This document shows positions 1 through 10,900 of a DNA stretch of 64,000 bases, one piece after another; within the stretch, counting starts at the first letter, position 1, and the number at the start of each line of letters is the position of its first letter. The stretch is from Coriobacteriaceae bacterium (GTDB taxonomy: Bacteria; Actinomycetota; Coriobacteriia; Coriobacteriales; Coriobacteriaceae). Both the position numbers and the translations under genes were made by a program. The stretch spans positions 63,374 through 127,373 of the forward strand of contig CADFMD010000002.1 of NCBI GenBank assembly GCA_902835305.1. Reading direction: 5' to 3'. The notes below the pieces were generated by a model that saw nothing but the letters and a program-made list of their open reading frames with translations, searched no databases and was not told where the DNA came from.

Positions 1-704
1 GCAACGTACGCCTGATGGACGAGCTGGGCGTTACCGTGCCCGCGGGTCTTGCCGAACAATTTGCCGCCGAGGGCAAGACGCCGCTGTTCTTTGCCAAGAA
101 CGGCGAGCTTGCCGGCACCATTGCCGTGGCTGACGAGGTCAAGGAGACGAGCGCCGGGGCCATCGCCGCACTGCGCTCGCTTGGCGTCGACGTGCGCATG
201 CTCACCGGCGACAACCGCGTGACGGCCGAGGCCATCGCCCGCCGCGTGGGACTGAACAGCAAGCAGGTCATCGCCGACGTCCTCCCCGCCGACAAGGAGC
301 GCCACGTGCGCAATCTGCAGGATGCGGGCAGCAAGGTCGCCATGGTGGGCGACGGCATCAATGACTCCCCCGCCCTGGCGCGCGCCGACGTGGGCCTTGC
401 TATCGGCACCGGCGCCGACATCGCCAAAGAAGGGGCTGATGTGGTGCTCATGCGCAGTGACCTCATGGATGTTGCGCGGGCCATCGAGCTTTCGCGCGCC
501 ACGATCCGCAACATCAAGCAGGACCTGTTCTGGGCGCTGTTCTACAACGGCATCGGCATTCCGCTGGCGGCGGGCGTGTTCTTCCCGCTCACCGGATGGC
601 AGCTCTCGCCGATGTTTGGCGCTGCGGCCATGAGCCTGTCGAGCGTGTGCGTCGTGACCAACGCGCTGCGCCTGAAATCCTTTAAGCCGAAAGTGGCAAA
701 ATAG
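1..704 (+). CDS. copA: Heavy-metal (Cu+) P-type ATPase, C-terminal part; 5' end lies outside the window
   Basis: P-type ATPase hinge motif VGDGINDSPALARADVGLAIGTGADIAKEGADVVLM and C-terminal TM helices; followed by copZ and csoR. Confidence 0.85.
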   Translation, partial: NVRLMDELGVTVPAGLAEQFAAEGKTPLFFAKNGELAGTIAVADEVKETSAGAIAALRSLGVDVRMLTGDNRVTAEAIARRVGLNSKQVIADVLPADKERHVRNLQDAGSKVAMVGDGINDSPALARADVGLAIGTGADIAKEGADVVLMRSDLMDVARAIELSRATIRNIKQDLFWALFYNGIGIPLAAGVFFPLTGWQLSPMFGAAAMSLSSVCVVTNALRLKSFKPKVAK

Positions 705-851
705 GCTCACCATTAAGTCCATTTAGAACGGGTTTTCCAGGTGCCCGAGATTGACCTGAAAGAGGAGTGACGCGTACTTTGGTACGCGAGCGACGGCTTG
801 AAGGTCAAGGTCGGGTGCCTGGGAAAGCCGACACAACAGAGAGGAATACCC

Positions 852-1073
852 ATGCGATACACAATCAAGACTTCCGGCCTTATGTGCGGCCACTGCGACG
901 CCACCGTCGAGACCGCGCTGCTCAACGTTGCAGGCGTAACCGACGCCGACGCCGATCACGAGACCCAAACCGTCCAGGTGGAGTGCGCCGACACCGTGAC
1001 CGCCGAGCAGCTCGCCGCCGCCGTCGAGGGCGCCGGCGAGAAGTTCCACGCCCTATCCGTGACCGCCGCGTAG
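852..1073 (+). CDS. copZ: Copper chaperone, heavy-metal-associated (HMA) domain
   Basis: MxCxxC motif (LMCGHCDATVE), ~73 aa; RBS GAGAGGAA upstream of the ATG at 852. Confidence 0.8.
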   Translation: MRYTIKTSGLMCGHCDATVETALLNVAGVTDADADHETQTVQVECADTVTAEQLAAAVEGAGEKFHALSVTAA

Positions 1074-1121
1074 CAGCTACCAGAGGCATTCGACCCCATC
1101 GACCAGAAACGAGGACCCGCC

Positions 1122-1394
1122 ATGATGGCAGACCACAAATCGGTGACCCGCATGCTCAAGACGGCACGCGGCCAGATCGACGGCATCTTGCGGATGGTCG
1201 ATGAGGACCGCTACTGCGTCGATATTTCCACGCAGCTCATGGCAACGCAGGCGCTCATTGCGCGCATCAACGCCGATGTGCTCAAAGCGCATATCGAGGG
1301 CTGCGTGACTTCGGCAATCGAATCGGGCGACGAAGACCTCAAAGCCGCCAAGCTCGCCGAGATCGAACGCGTCGTCGACAAGCTCTCCAAGTAA
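1122..1394 (+). CDS. csoR: CsoR/RcnR-family metal-sensing transcriptional repressor
   Basis: DUF156 signature: R..GQ..G..RMV..DRYCVDI..Q..A...A...V...H...C; 90 aa; adjacent to copZ/copA. Confidence 0.8.
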   Translation: MMADHKSVTRMLKTARGQIDGILRMVDEDRYCVDISTQLMATQALIARINADVLKAHIEGCVTSAIESGDEDLKAAKLAEIERVVDKLSK

Positions 1395-1541
1395 TTGGGG
1401 GCATTGGGGGCAGGCTGCTTTGCACCATCTTGGTGTATCGGGGACAGGTACGTTTGCACCACCTTGGTGCAGATTAACCTGTCCCCCTTGCTCTAAATCG
1501 GGTATAAAGGCGTGCAGCATATCGAACGAAAGGCAATTTGC

Positions 1542-2015
1542 ATGAATGACTTTATGAAGGGTCGCAATGGCGCTGACGAGCTCACCATCGTAATGGGTTT
1601 TGCTGGCATCATCATCGCGATGATCGGATCGATCGCCCGCATCCAGTGGCTCAGCTGGATCGCCATCGCCGTCATCGTGATTGGCGTGCTGCGCGGCCTG
1701 TCCAAAAACATCGACGCACGTCGCAAGGAGAACGAGGCCTTTGTCGCCGCGACCGCGAACGTCCCCGGCTTGGGCAAGTTCGTCGCCAGCTTGGGCGGTG
1801 GAACTGCAGCGGCCGGCACCTCGCGCGCGGCTGGAACGAGCAAGGAAGACTTTGAGCGTGCCAAGCGCACGGCCAAGAAGATGTGGAAGGGCCGCAAGAC
1901 CACGGCATACCTCAAGTGCCCCAACTGCGGCCAGATGCTCTCCGTCCCCAAGGGCAAAGGCAAGATCCGCGTCACCTGCCCCAAGTGCCACGCCAAGATG
2001 GAAACCCGCTCCTAG
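1542..2015 (+). CDS. Hypothetical small membrane protein with C-terminal zinc-ribbon (CPNCG...CPKCH)
   Basis: Two hydrophobic helices then a Lys-rich linker and CxxC...CxxC; start chosen at the ATG preceded by GAAAGG. Confidence 0.5.
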   Translation: MNDFMKGRNGADELTIVMGFAGIIIAMIGSIARIQWLSWIAIAVIVIGVLRGLSKNIDARRKENEAFVAATANVPGLGKFVASLGGGTAAAGTSRAAGTSKEDFERAKRTAKKMWKGRKTTAYLKCPNCGQMLSVPKGKGKIRVTCPKCHAKMETRS

Positions 2016-2077
2016 CGCCCGCACGCGGGACAAATTAATCAGGTTTGTTTGTCCCAAATCTTAAGTATTTGTTCGAT

Positions 2078-2117
2078 AAAAAAGCCGAGGCCTCGTGTTG
2101 AGACCTCGGCTTTTTTG
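2078..2117. terminator. Bidirectional intrinsic terminator between convergent genes
   Basis: aaaaaGCCGAGGcctcgtgttgagaCCTCGGCtttttt: GC stem with an A-tract 5' and a T-tract 3'. Confidence 0.7.
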
Positions 2118-2149
2118 AACGCGGCATAGGGGCCGCCCCTTTGTCACAC

Positions 2150-3520
2150 CTATGCCACGCCGTCGCGGGCGAGCTCCTCGGCCAGCGCTTCGGCAGGCAT
2201 GGCCATAATCGCGTCGAGCTCGGCGTCCACCTCGGGTATGCGCTTCACCTTGAGCTTTCGCACCAGGTTGCCGCGGCACATCACGTGCATTGGCTCACGC
2301 AGAGCGCACAGGTCATCGAGCGGGTTCTCGTGCGTCACCAAAATGTCGGCCGCCTTACCGCACTCGATCGTGCCGGTCTCGTCACCCAGGCCCAGTAGCT
2401 CAGCATTGACTTGCGTGGCCGTATGCAGCGCAAACGCGTTGCTCACGCCCACGTACTTGGCAAAATAGGCCACCTCGCGCCACATGTCGTACTGGGTCAC
2501 GAACGGGCAGCTCGAGTCCGTGCCCAGGCCCACCTTAACGCCTGCTTCCAGCGCCGCACGAGCACTCTCGATAATGCCCGAGCACACGATGTCGCCGTTC
2601 TTCTTTTGCGTGTCAGTCGAATGGGTCTTCTCCGGATCGAGCAGGACGAACGGCAGCGCCGGGCTGATCGTGCAGGTAACGCTGGGCGCGCGTCCCTCGA
2701 GCTGTGTTCCCGCGGCGCCGCGGTACAGCTCCAGAATCTCAGGCGTCAGCGGAGCGCCGTGCTCGATTGTGTCGACACCGGCCTGAAGCGCGGCCTTCAC
2801 ACCTTCGGTGCTCTCGACATGGGCCATGACCGGAAGGCCAACCTCGTGCGCCGCCTTGCACGCCGCCGCGGCGACACCGACCGGCATGCGCAGCACGCCA
2901 GGCTCGCCTACTTCGGTCGCGTCGAACACGCCGCCCGTCACGAACAACTTGATGACATCGGCACCGCGCGTATACAGATCGCGCACCTGTTCGGCCGCCT
3001 CGGCGGGGGTATTGGCGACCTGCGCGAACAGCCCCGCACCGTGACCGCCCGGCACCGTGACACCCGTTCCCGGCGCCACCAGACGTGGACCCTGATACTT
3101 GCCGGCGTCGATAGCGTTGCGCACGGCAATATCGGCAAACAGCGGGTCACCCGCACCGCGCACCGTGGTCACGCCGCTTGCCAACTGTTGCTGGGCACTG
3201 CCTTTGAGGATGTGGCGAACGATGGCGCGGCCCACGGGATTGTCGAGCTTCTTCATCAGCGCACCCGCATCGCCCGCCGAAACTGGCTTGCCCGAGCCGC
3301 ACAGATGCACGTGCATATTGATGAGACCCGGCATGAGATACGCCCCTGCCAGGTCAATGACCTCGGCCCCCGCTGGAGCTTGGGCCACAGCGCTCGGCCC
3401 CATCCATGTGATGACACCGCGCTCGACGGCCACGGCCATATCGGGCTGCGGCTCCATATGCTCCGAACCATCCAGAACGGTCGCATTGATAAACAACGTG
3501 GGACGATCAGCAGACGCCAT
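2150..3520 (-). CDS. Amidohydrolase-family metal-dependent hydrolase
   Basis: LINMHVHL and HxH metal-binding motifs; start set at ATG 3520 preceded by GGGGGAGGAG; the ORF track extends upstream to 3649. Confidence 0.75.
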   Translation of the reverse strand: MASADRPTLFINATVLDGSEHMEPQPDMAVAVERGVITWMGPSAVAQAPAGAEVIDLAGAYLMPGLINMHVHLCGSGKPVSAGDAGALMKKLDNPVGRAIVRHILKGSAQQQLASGVTTVRGAGDPLFADIAVRNAIDAGKYQGPRLVAPGTGVTVPGGHGAGLFAQVANTPAEAAEQVRDLYTRGADVIKLFVTGGVFDATEVGEPGVLRMPVGVAAAACKAAHEVGLPVMAHVESTEGVKAALQAGVDTIEHGAPLTPEILELYRGAAGTQLEGRAPSVTCTISPALPFVLLDPEKTHSTDTQKKNGDIVCSGIIESARAALEAGVKVGLGTDSSCPFVTQYDMWREVAYFAKYVGVSNAFALHTATQVNAELLGLGDETGTIECGKAADILVTHENPLDDLCALREPMHVMCRGNLVRKLKVKRIPEVDAELDAIMAMPAEALAEELARDGVA

Positions 3521-3669
3521 ATCGAGCTCCTCCCCCTCAGAAAACTTCAACATTTGTCCATTATTACCCAGTTCGGCAGGATTGCTGCGGACATATCGGT
3601 TAACGGAGAAAGGAGGAGATGCGGAGAATGGAATGCGTTGCAGCCCCATCCCAGCGACATCCGGGAAAT

Positions 3670-3967
3670 GTCTAGATCTGTAACAGGTGGACCGTCTTTA
3701 ACCTTCCAAATGTTACAGATCGAGATCTTTCGGCACCGCGTCCAACCTTTGTCTCAATCTGTAACAGTTAGAGCGGTTTTTGGCCGTTAGATGTTACAGA
3801 TTAAGATATTCTCCAGCCCTGTCGTCAAACGTCTAAATCTGTAACAAGTAGACAGGTTTTCGGCCGTTAGATGTTACAGATCGAGATATTTTAGCGGCAG
3901 CCAACCTTCTGTCTCGATCTGTAACAGTTGCGAGGCCAAACGGCCCCTTGTTGTTACAGATCGAGAC
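3670..3967. repeat. Hairpin-repeat array 1: four 57-bp palindromic units (arms GTCT[ACT][GA]ATCTGTAACA / its reverse complement) separated by 23-24 bp linkers
   Basis: Units at 3670-3726, 3751-3807, 3831-3887 and 3911-3967; 16-bp arms are near-perfect inverted repeats around a semi-conserved ~25-nt loop (..AGAC.GGTTTT.GGCCGTTAGAT). Confidence 0.9.
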
Positions 3968-4008
3968 AAACTCGGCAGGAACAACCACATCCGCGTCAGT
4001 TACACCCC

Positions 4009-5085
4009 TCAGCGCCCATACCACTGCCGCCTCCACTGCTCAGCCAAATCGGCCCACTGCGGAATGCCCGCCAGTCTCATCTTTTCAGCCAGCTTCCCCG
4101 GATTCTTGAGCTCATCAAACGTAAACCTCAGCACCTTATGTCCGAGCATCGTCAGATGAGACTCTCGCTGACGTTCTGCCACGAACGGGTCGACCGACTC
4201 CCGACCCTCGTCGTTCTGTAAGGCATACTTTCCCTTTCCATCGAGCTCGCCAATCACGCACGTCCCGTCCTCGAGCCTCCAGAAATAATCAACGCGAAAC
4301 ACTTGGCTCGAATCAAGCGGGTCACGAAACTCCACCTGCAACTCTGGCACCGGAAAACCGTATGCAATAAAGAATGCCCGGAACCGAGACTCGCCACCGT
4401 TTTCGGACAGCCCGTCCGCATGCGACGCAATCACCTGAGCTCTGCGATATCCGCGTCTGCCCTCGCAATCGGCCTGGAGCCGTTCGCAGAGGTCGTCGCG
4501 CGATATGCCCTTCGCCCGCAGCGCAGAATCGGCGATCGCCAGACCATACGAAAACGGCGCACGCAGCAGACAGTCCTTCACCGTGCGCCAAAACGGCGTC
4601 ACTCGCACGCCGTCGACGCGCTCAAGCGCACCCGCCGCCTGCGGACGCAACAGCCGGCATCCTGCACTCAGCGGCACCGAGCAACCTGTCTTAACAAGAA
4701 ATCGCGGCCCAAGCAGATCATTTGGCACCTCCAGACCCCACAAAAGTGCCGCGTCGTAACCCCAAAACGCCCAATCGGGATGAAACTCCGCAAGCCCTTT
4801 GATGGTCCGCAGCGCTCGCTCCGTCGGCGTCAACGCATCCCAATCATGCTGAAAACAGAACAGGTGCGACTCAGGCTCCGCGATATCGTCGGTTCCCACA
4901 TGGCGCCGCAGCCACATGAGCTCGGCATTGTCGTGCGTCACAAGCAGCACGCCTAGTTCAGCCGCCTCCGTGAGCCTGGCAAGCATCCTATTCCGCGCCA
5001 ACGTGTTGCGAGCCGTATGCTTGTGTTTGAGAACGGTATTAGACACTTCCATCACCACCACATCGGACAAATGGACCATTGTCAC
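4009..5085 (-). CDS. DUF559 / Vsr-like (PD-(D/E)xK) endonuclease-domain protein with an N-terminal AbiEi-like region
   Basis: C-terminal VEFRDP..D..FRVDYFW..DGTCVIGELDGKGKY..ESHLTMLGHKVLRFTFDEL is the typical DUF559 signature; GTG start at 5085 or ATG at 5079. Confidence 0.7.
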   Translation of the reverse strand: MTMVHLSDVVVMEVSNTVLKHKHTARNTLARNRMLARLTEAAELGVLLVTHDNAELMWLRRHVGTDDIAEPESHLFCFQHDWDALTPTERALRTIKGLAEFHPDWAFWGYDAALLWGLEVPNDLLGPRFLVKTGCSVPLSAGCRLLRPQAAGALERVDGVRVTPFWRTVKDCLLRAPFSYGLAIADSALRAKGISRDDLCERLQADCEGRRGYRRAQVIASHADGLSENGGESRFRAFFIAYGFPVPELQVEFRDPLDSSQVFRVDYFWRLEDGTCVIGELDGKGKYALQNDEGRESVDPFVAERQRESHLTMLGHKVLRFTFDELKNPGKLAEKMRLAGIPQWADLAEQWRRQWYGR

Positions 5086-5105
5086 CGTTGCCTCCGCTGA
5101 TAAAC

Positions 5106-5242
5106 GTCTTGATCTGTAACAGTTAGACGTTCTCCAGGCCCCTAAACGTTACAGATTTAGACAAACCAGCGGCGCCCAGGTATTCGTCTCGATCTGTAAC
5201 AGGTAGACCGGTTTTTTGTCCCTAAACGTTACAGATCGAGAC
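5106..5242. repeat. Hairpin-repeat array 2: two 57-bp units with a 23-bp linker
   Basis: Units at 5106-5162 and 5186-5242 with the same GTCTYGATCTGTAACA arms as array 1. Confidence 0.9.
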
Positions 5243-5282
5243 ATAAAGGCAGAAGGCAAGGCAGGCGACAACCGTCCATCCC

Positions 5283-5990
5283 CTACTCCCATTCCTGTTC
5301 GTAGATGTTGAGCGACTTCACATACCGCCCCTGGGCACCCATGATGTCGCGGACCAGGCGCAAAAAGAAGCTGATGCACGAGGTGTCGAAACCGTCCTCC
5401 AGGTCCTCGGGATGCACCGAGCCCGGCCCGTCGACCGTCGTGTCGCTCAGGCGCGCGATGTCATACAGGTAGAGCTGCCCCGCCGTCAGCCAGACATCGT
5501 CGACGCACGCGAGTCGCACCGCAATCGCACCATCGTTCCAGCGCTCCTTTTGCACGATATGTGGGTCGTAGACGTCAAAGCGACGGTCGGTGCGCGTGTC
5601 CTTCAGCACGACCATGCCAGTCGCGGGATCCTTGTCCAAAATGCCAAAGCGCGAGAAATACTGCGTGTCGCGTACCTGCTCGAGCCGCTTGAGCGAGGCA
5701 GGCGAAAGCGATGCCGGCGGCTCGTCAACATACAGCTCGAGCAGCGTCTTGCCATGGCGATAGGGGCGCTCGAAGAGCAGCCAATCGGTAAATGCCATGT
5801 TGTAGGCCATGATTTCGTTTTGAGAAGGTTCCTCGCAATAGCTGAGCCACGGGTCGACGATAATCTCGAACTGTTCGCGTGCCGGCTCCAGGAATTGAAA
5901 CTTCCGCAGCATCCAAAAGTGAGCCATGTCGGCAATATCGTTGCCGACGGCTTCGGCTAGCTCTGCTCGGTCAAAAGCGTGGTCAGTCAT
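5283..5990 (-). CDS. Hypothetical protein (235 aa)
   Basis: Intact ORF in coding-like context; no motif recognised. Confidence 0.5.
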   Translation of the reverse strand: MTDHAFDRAELAEAVGNDIADMAHFWMLRKFQFLEPAREQFEIIVDPWLSYCEEPSQNEIMAYNMAFTDWLLFERPYRHGKTLLELYVDEPPASLSPASLKRLEQVRDTQYFSRFGILDKDPATGMVVLKDTRTDRRFDVYDPHIVQKERWNDGAIAVRLACVDDVWLTAGQLYLYDIARLSDTTVDGPGSVHPEDLEDGFDTSCISFFLRLVRDIMGAQGRYVKSLNIYEQEWE

Positions 5991-6302
5991 GGCATCCTCC
6001 TCAAACTGATGGACCTCAATTTGAGCTTACGAGGAAGGTGGGCAGCCACGACCAGCGCGGGCAAAATAGGCCTCCGACTGCAAACCAGATACTGACCAAA
6101 CACTTGACGAAAAGCTTGATCGAAAATGCGCACCGCAACAAAACCGCAGGTAGACATAGACGGCCAACCCGCCCTTTTGAGCCAGATGCCCGCAGCCACC
6201 ACAGAAACAACAGGTGACCACAGCCCGAGAAGTCGACAAATGAACACCCGTACGTCGACAAACGAGCAAACTGCTCGCAAATCCGCAAGGAGTGTCCCCG
6301 AA

Positions 6303-6364
6303 TGCCGGCACAAAAGGAACGTCCCTAACTGTCGGCACTTAGGGACGTTCCTTTTGTGCCGGCA
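6303..6364. repeat. Perfect 26-bp-stem hairpin built from two inverted copies of the GCCGGCACAAAAGGAACGTCCC box (repeat family B)
   Basis: tgccggcacaaaaggaacgtccctaa / ctgtcggcac / ttagggacgttccttttgtgccggca; lies just 3' of gltD on its strand and may act as a terminator or operator. Confidence 0.85.
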
Positions 6365-6414
6365 GTTAGGGACAGCCCTTGCCGATTCGATTGTTGAATA
6401 TCTCCGTGACTACT

Positions 6415-7896
<1,482 letters not shown>

Positions 7897-7901
7897 AGCA
7901 C

Positions 7902-10900
7902 TTACGCCTCCTTCTTGGTCGAAGCAACAGAGCTGGCGGCCACGGACGCAGCACCCGCAGCACCGCCCGCAATATCGAAGCGAGCGACATCCGCGGCGCT
8001 CGCGCGACCGGTCACAATGTCAAACGCCAGCTCCTCTGCCTGCGCATGTGTCTTGCCGGCAGCCTCGCTCGCAGCGACAATCGCCAGCACACGCTCGTAC
8101 TCGGTCGGAATGACCTTCACAAAGTGCTTGCTCATCGTCTCAAAGCTGTAGAGCAGCTTGATGCCGCGCGGGCTCTGCGTCGCGTCCACGTGCTCCTGGA
8201 TGAGCTCGCGAATCTGCGCCAGCTCGCCGGCAGTCGGGGCCTTGAGCTCAACGCTCTCGTGGTTCACGCGGGCATCGAGCGTGCCGTACTGGTCAAAGAC
8301 ATAAGCCACGCCACCCGTCATGCCGGCAGCGAAGTTCTGCCCGACCTCGCCCAGGATGAGCGCCAGGCCACCCGTCATGTACTCGCAACCGTGGTTGCCG
8401 CAACCCTCGACCACCACGGTGGCACCGGAGTTGCGTACGCCAAAGCGCTGGCCCGCCAGACCGTTAATGAAGCCGCGGCCGCTCGTAGCGCCAAAGAACG
8501 CAACGTTGCCCACAATGATGTTCTCGTCGAACTTGTAGGTCGCATGCGGGTTGGGGCGCACAGACACCTCGCCGCCCGAAAGGCCCTTGCCAAAGTAGTC
8601 GTTGGCGTCACCGCACACGTTGAGCGTAATGCCGCGCGGCAGGAAGGCGCCAAAGCTCTGACCGGCCGAACCATCGCAATCGATGGTGATGGAGCCGGCG
8701 GGCAGGCCCTCGGGATGAGCCTTGGTCACCGCGTTGCCCAGGATGGTGCCCACGCAGCGGTTGACGTTGGCGATATCGGCGCGGAAACGAATCGGACGCA
8801 GGTGCGCACGGGCATCGGCCGTATAGGGCACAAACAACGTGGAGTCGAGCGTCTTATCGAGCTCGCTGTCCGCAGCCATCTGCGGCAGGAAGTGGCGACC
8901 GTCGGCGCCCGGAATATGGGCACCGAACTCGCAGGTCGCGCTCGCCAGCACGGGCGACAGATCGAGCAGGTTTGCTTTGCGGTTGCCCGGGACCTCGATC
9001 TGGCGTAAGCACTCGGGATGGCCGACCATCTCGTCGACGGTGCGGAAGCCCAGGCTCGCCATGACCTCGCGCAGTTGCTCGGCAACAAAGAGCATAAAGT
9101 GCTCGACGTGCTCTGGCTTGCCGCGGAAGCCGCGACGCAGGCGGCAGTTTTGCGTAGCGATGCCGGCGGGGCAGGTATCCTGCTGGCAGTCGCGCTGCAT
9201 GAGGCAGCCCATAGAGATGAGCGGCATGGTCGCAAAGCCAAACTCCTCGGCACCCAGCAGGCAGGCGACGGCGACATCGGTGCCGTCCATGAGCTTGCCG
9301 TCAGCCTCGAGCACTACGCGCGAGCGCAGGCCGTTTTGCAGCAGCGTCTGCTGGGCCTCGGCAAGACCGAGCTCCAGCGGCAGACCCGCGTGCCAGATCG
9401 AATCGCGAGCAGCGGCACCCGAGCCGCCGTTGTGGCCGCTGATCAAGATCTTGTCGGCAGCGCCCTTGGCAACACCAGTGGCGATGGTGCCGACGCCGGC
9501 CTCGCTGACCAGCTTGACCGACACGCGCGCGCCGGGGTTGGCGTTCTTAAGGTCAAAGATCAGCTCTGCCAGGTCCTCGATGGAGTAGATGTCGTGGTGC
9601 GGCGGAGGCGAGATCAGGCCGATACCGGGCGTGGACTGACGGACCTCGGCAATCCAGGGGTAGACCTTCTTGCCGGGCAGGTGGCCACCCTCGCCGGGCT
9701 TGGCGCCCTGGGCCATCTTGATCTGAATCTCGAAGGCGCTGCACAGGTAGCGGCTCGTCACGCCAAAGCGCGCACTTGCCACCTGCTTGATCGCGGAGTT
9801 CTTGGAGTCGCCGTTGGCCAGCGGGGTCTCGCGACGCGGATCCTCACCGCCCTCGCCCGAGTTGGAACGGCCGTGTAGGCGGTTCATGGCGATGGCCATG
9901 CACTCGTGTGCCTCTTTGCTGATGGAGCCATACGACATGGCGCCGGTGTTAAAGCGGCGGACGATGTTGAGCGCGGGCTCGACCTCGTCGAGTGCCACCG
10001 GCGTGCGACCGTTGGCATTAAAGTCGAGCAAGTCGCGCAGGCGCACGGCACGGCCGGTGCGGTGCAGGCGGGCGCTGTACTCCTTAAAGGTGTCGTAGCT
10101 GTCCTCGCGGCAGGCGGTCTGCAGCAGGTAGACAGTCTGAGGGTCGATCAGGTGATCCTCGCCGCCGAGCGGGCGCCACTTGGTCAGGCCCAGTGTGGGC
10201 AGCTGATCGGGAGCCGGGCTCTTAAGGATGGCGAGTGCGGCGTCGTAGCGCTCATTCTGCTCGCGCTCGACGTCCTCGACACCCATACCGCCCACACGGC
10301 TCACCGTGCCGGCAAAGTACGCGTTAACAAACTCCGGGGTAAAGCCCACGGCCTCGAAGATTTGCGCCGAATGGTAGCTCTGCACCGTGGAGATGCCCAT
10401 CTTGGACATAATGGAGACGATGCCAGCGGTCGCAGCCCTGTTGTAATTGGCGATGCCCTGCTCGGCCGTCACGTCCAGATCGCCGCGCGCCGCCAGATCG
10501 CGGATGCACGCATGCGCGTTATACGGATAGATGCCGCTCGCGGAGTAACCCACCAGTGCCGCAAAGTCGTGCGGGGACACGGCATCGCCGCACTCCACCA
10601 CGATGTCGGCAAAGGTACGCACGCCGGCGCGGATCAGGTGGTTGTGCACGCAGCCCACGGCAAGCAGCGACGGCACGGGTACCTCGCCCGCTCCGGCACG
10701 ATCGCTCAACACCACGATGTTCACGCCGTCGCGGACCGCAGCCTCAACGTCCTCTGCAAGCTGCTTGAGCGCAGCCTGCAGCGCGCCCTCGCCGGCATCG
10801 CGGCGGTACACGGCACGGAAACGGCGGGTCTTAAAGCCCACGCGGTCGATGGCACAGATACGCTCGAACTCCTCCTCGTTCAGCAGTGGGCGCTCCAAGC

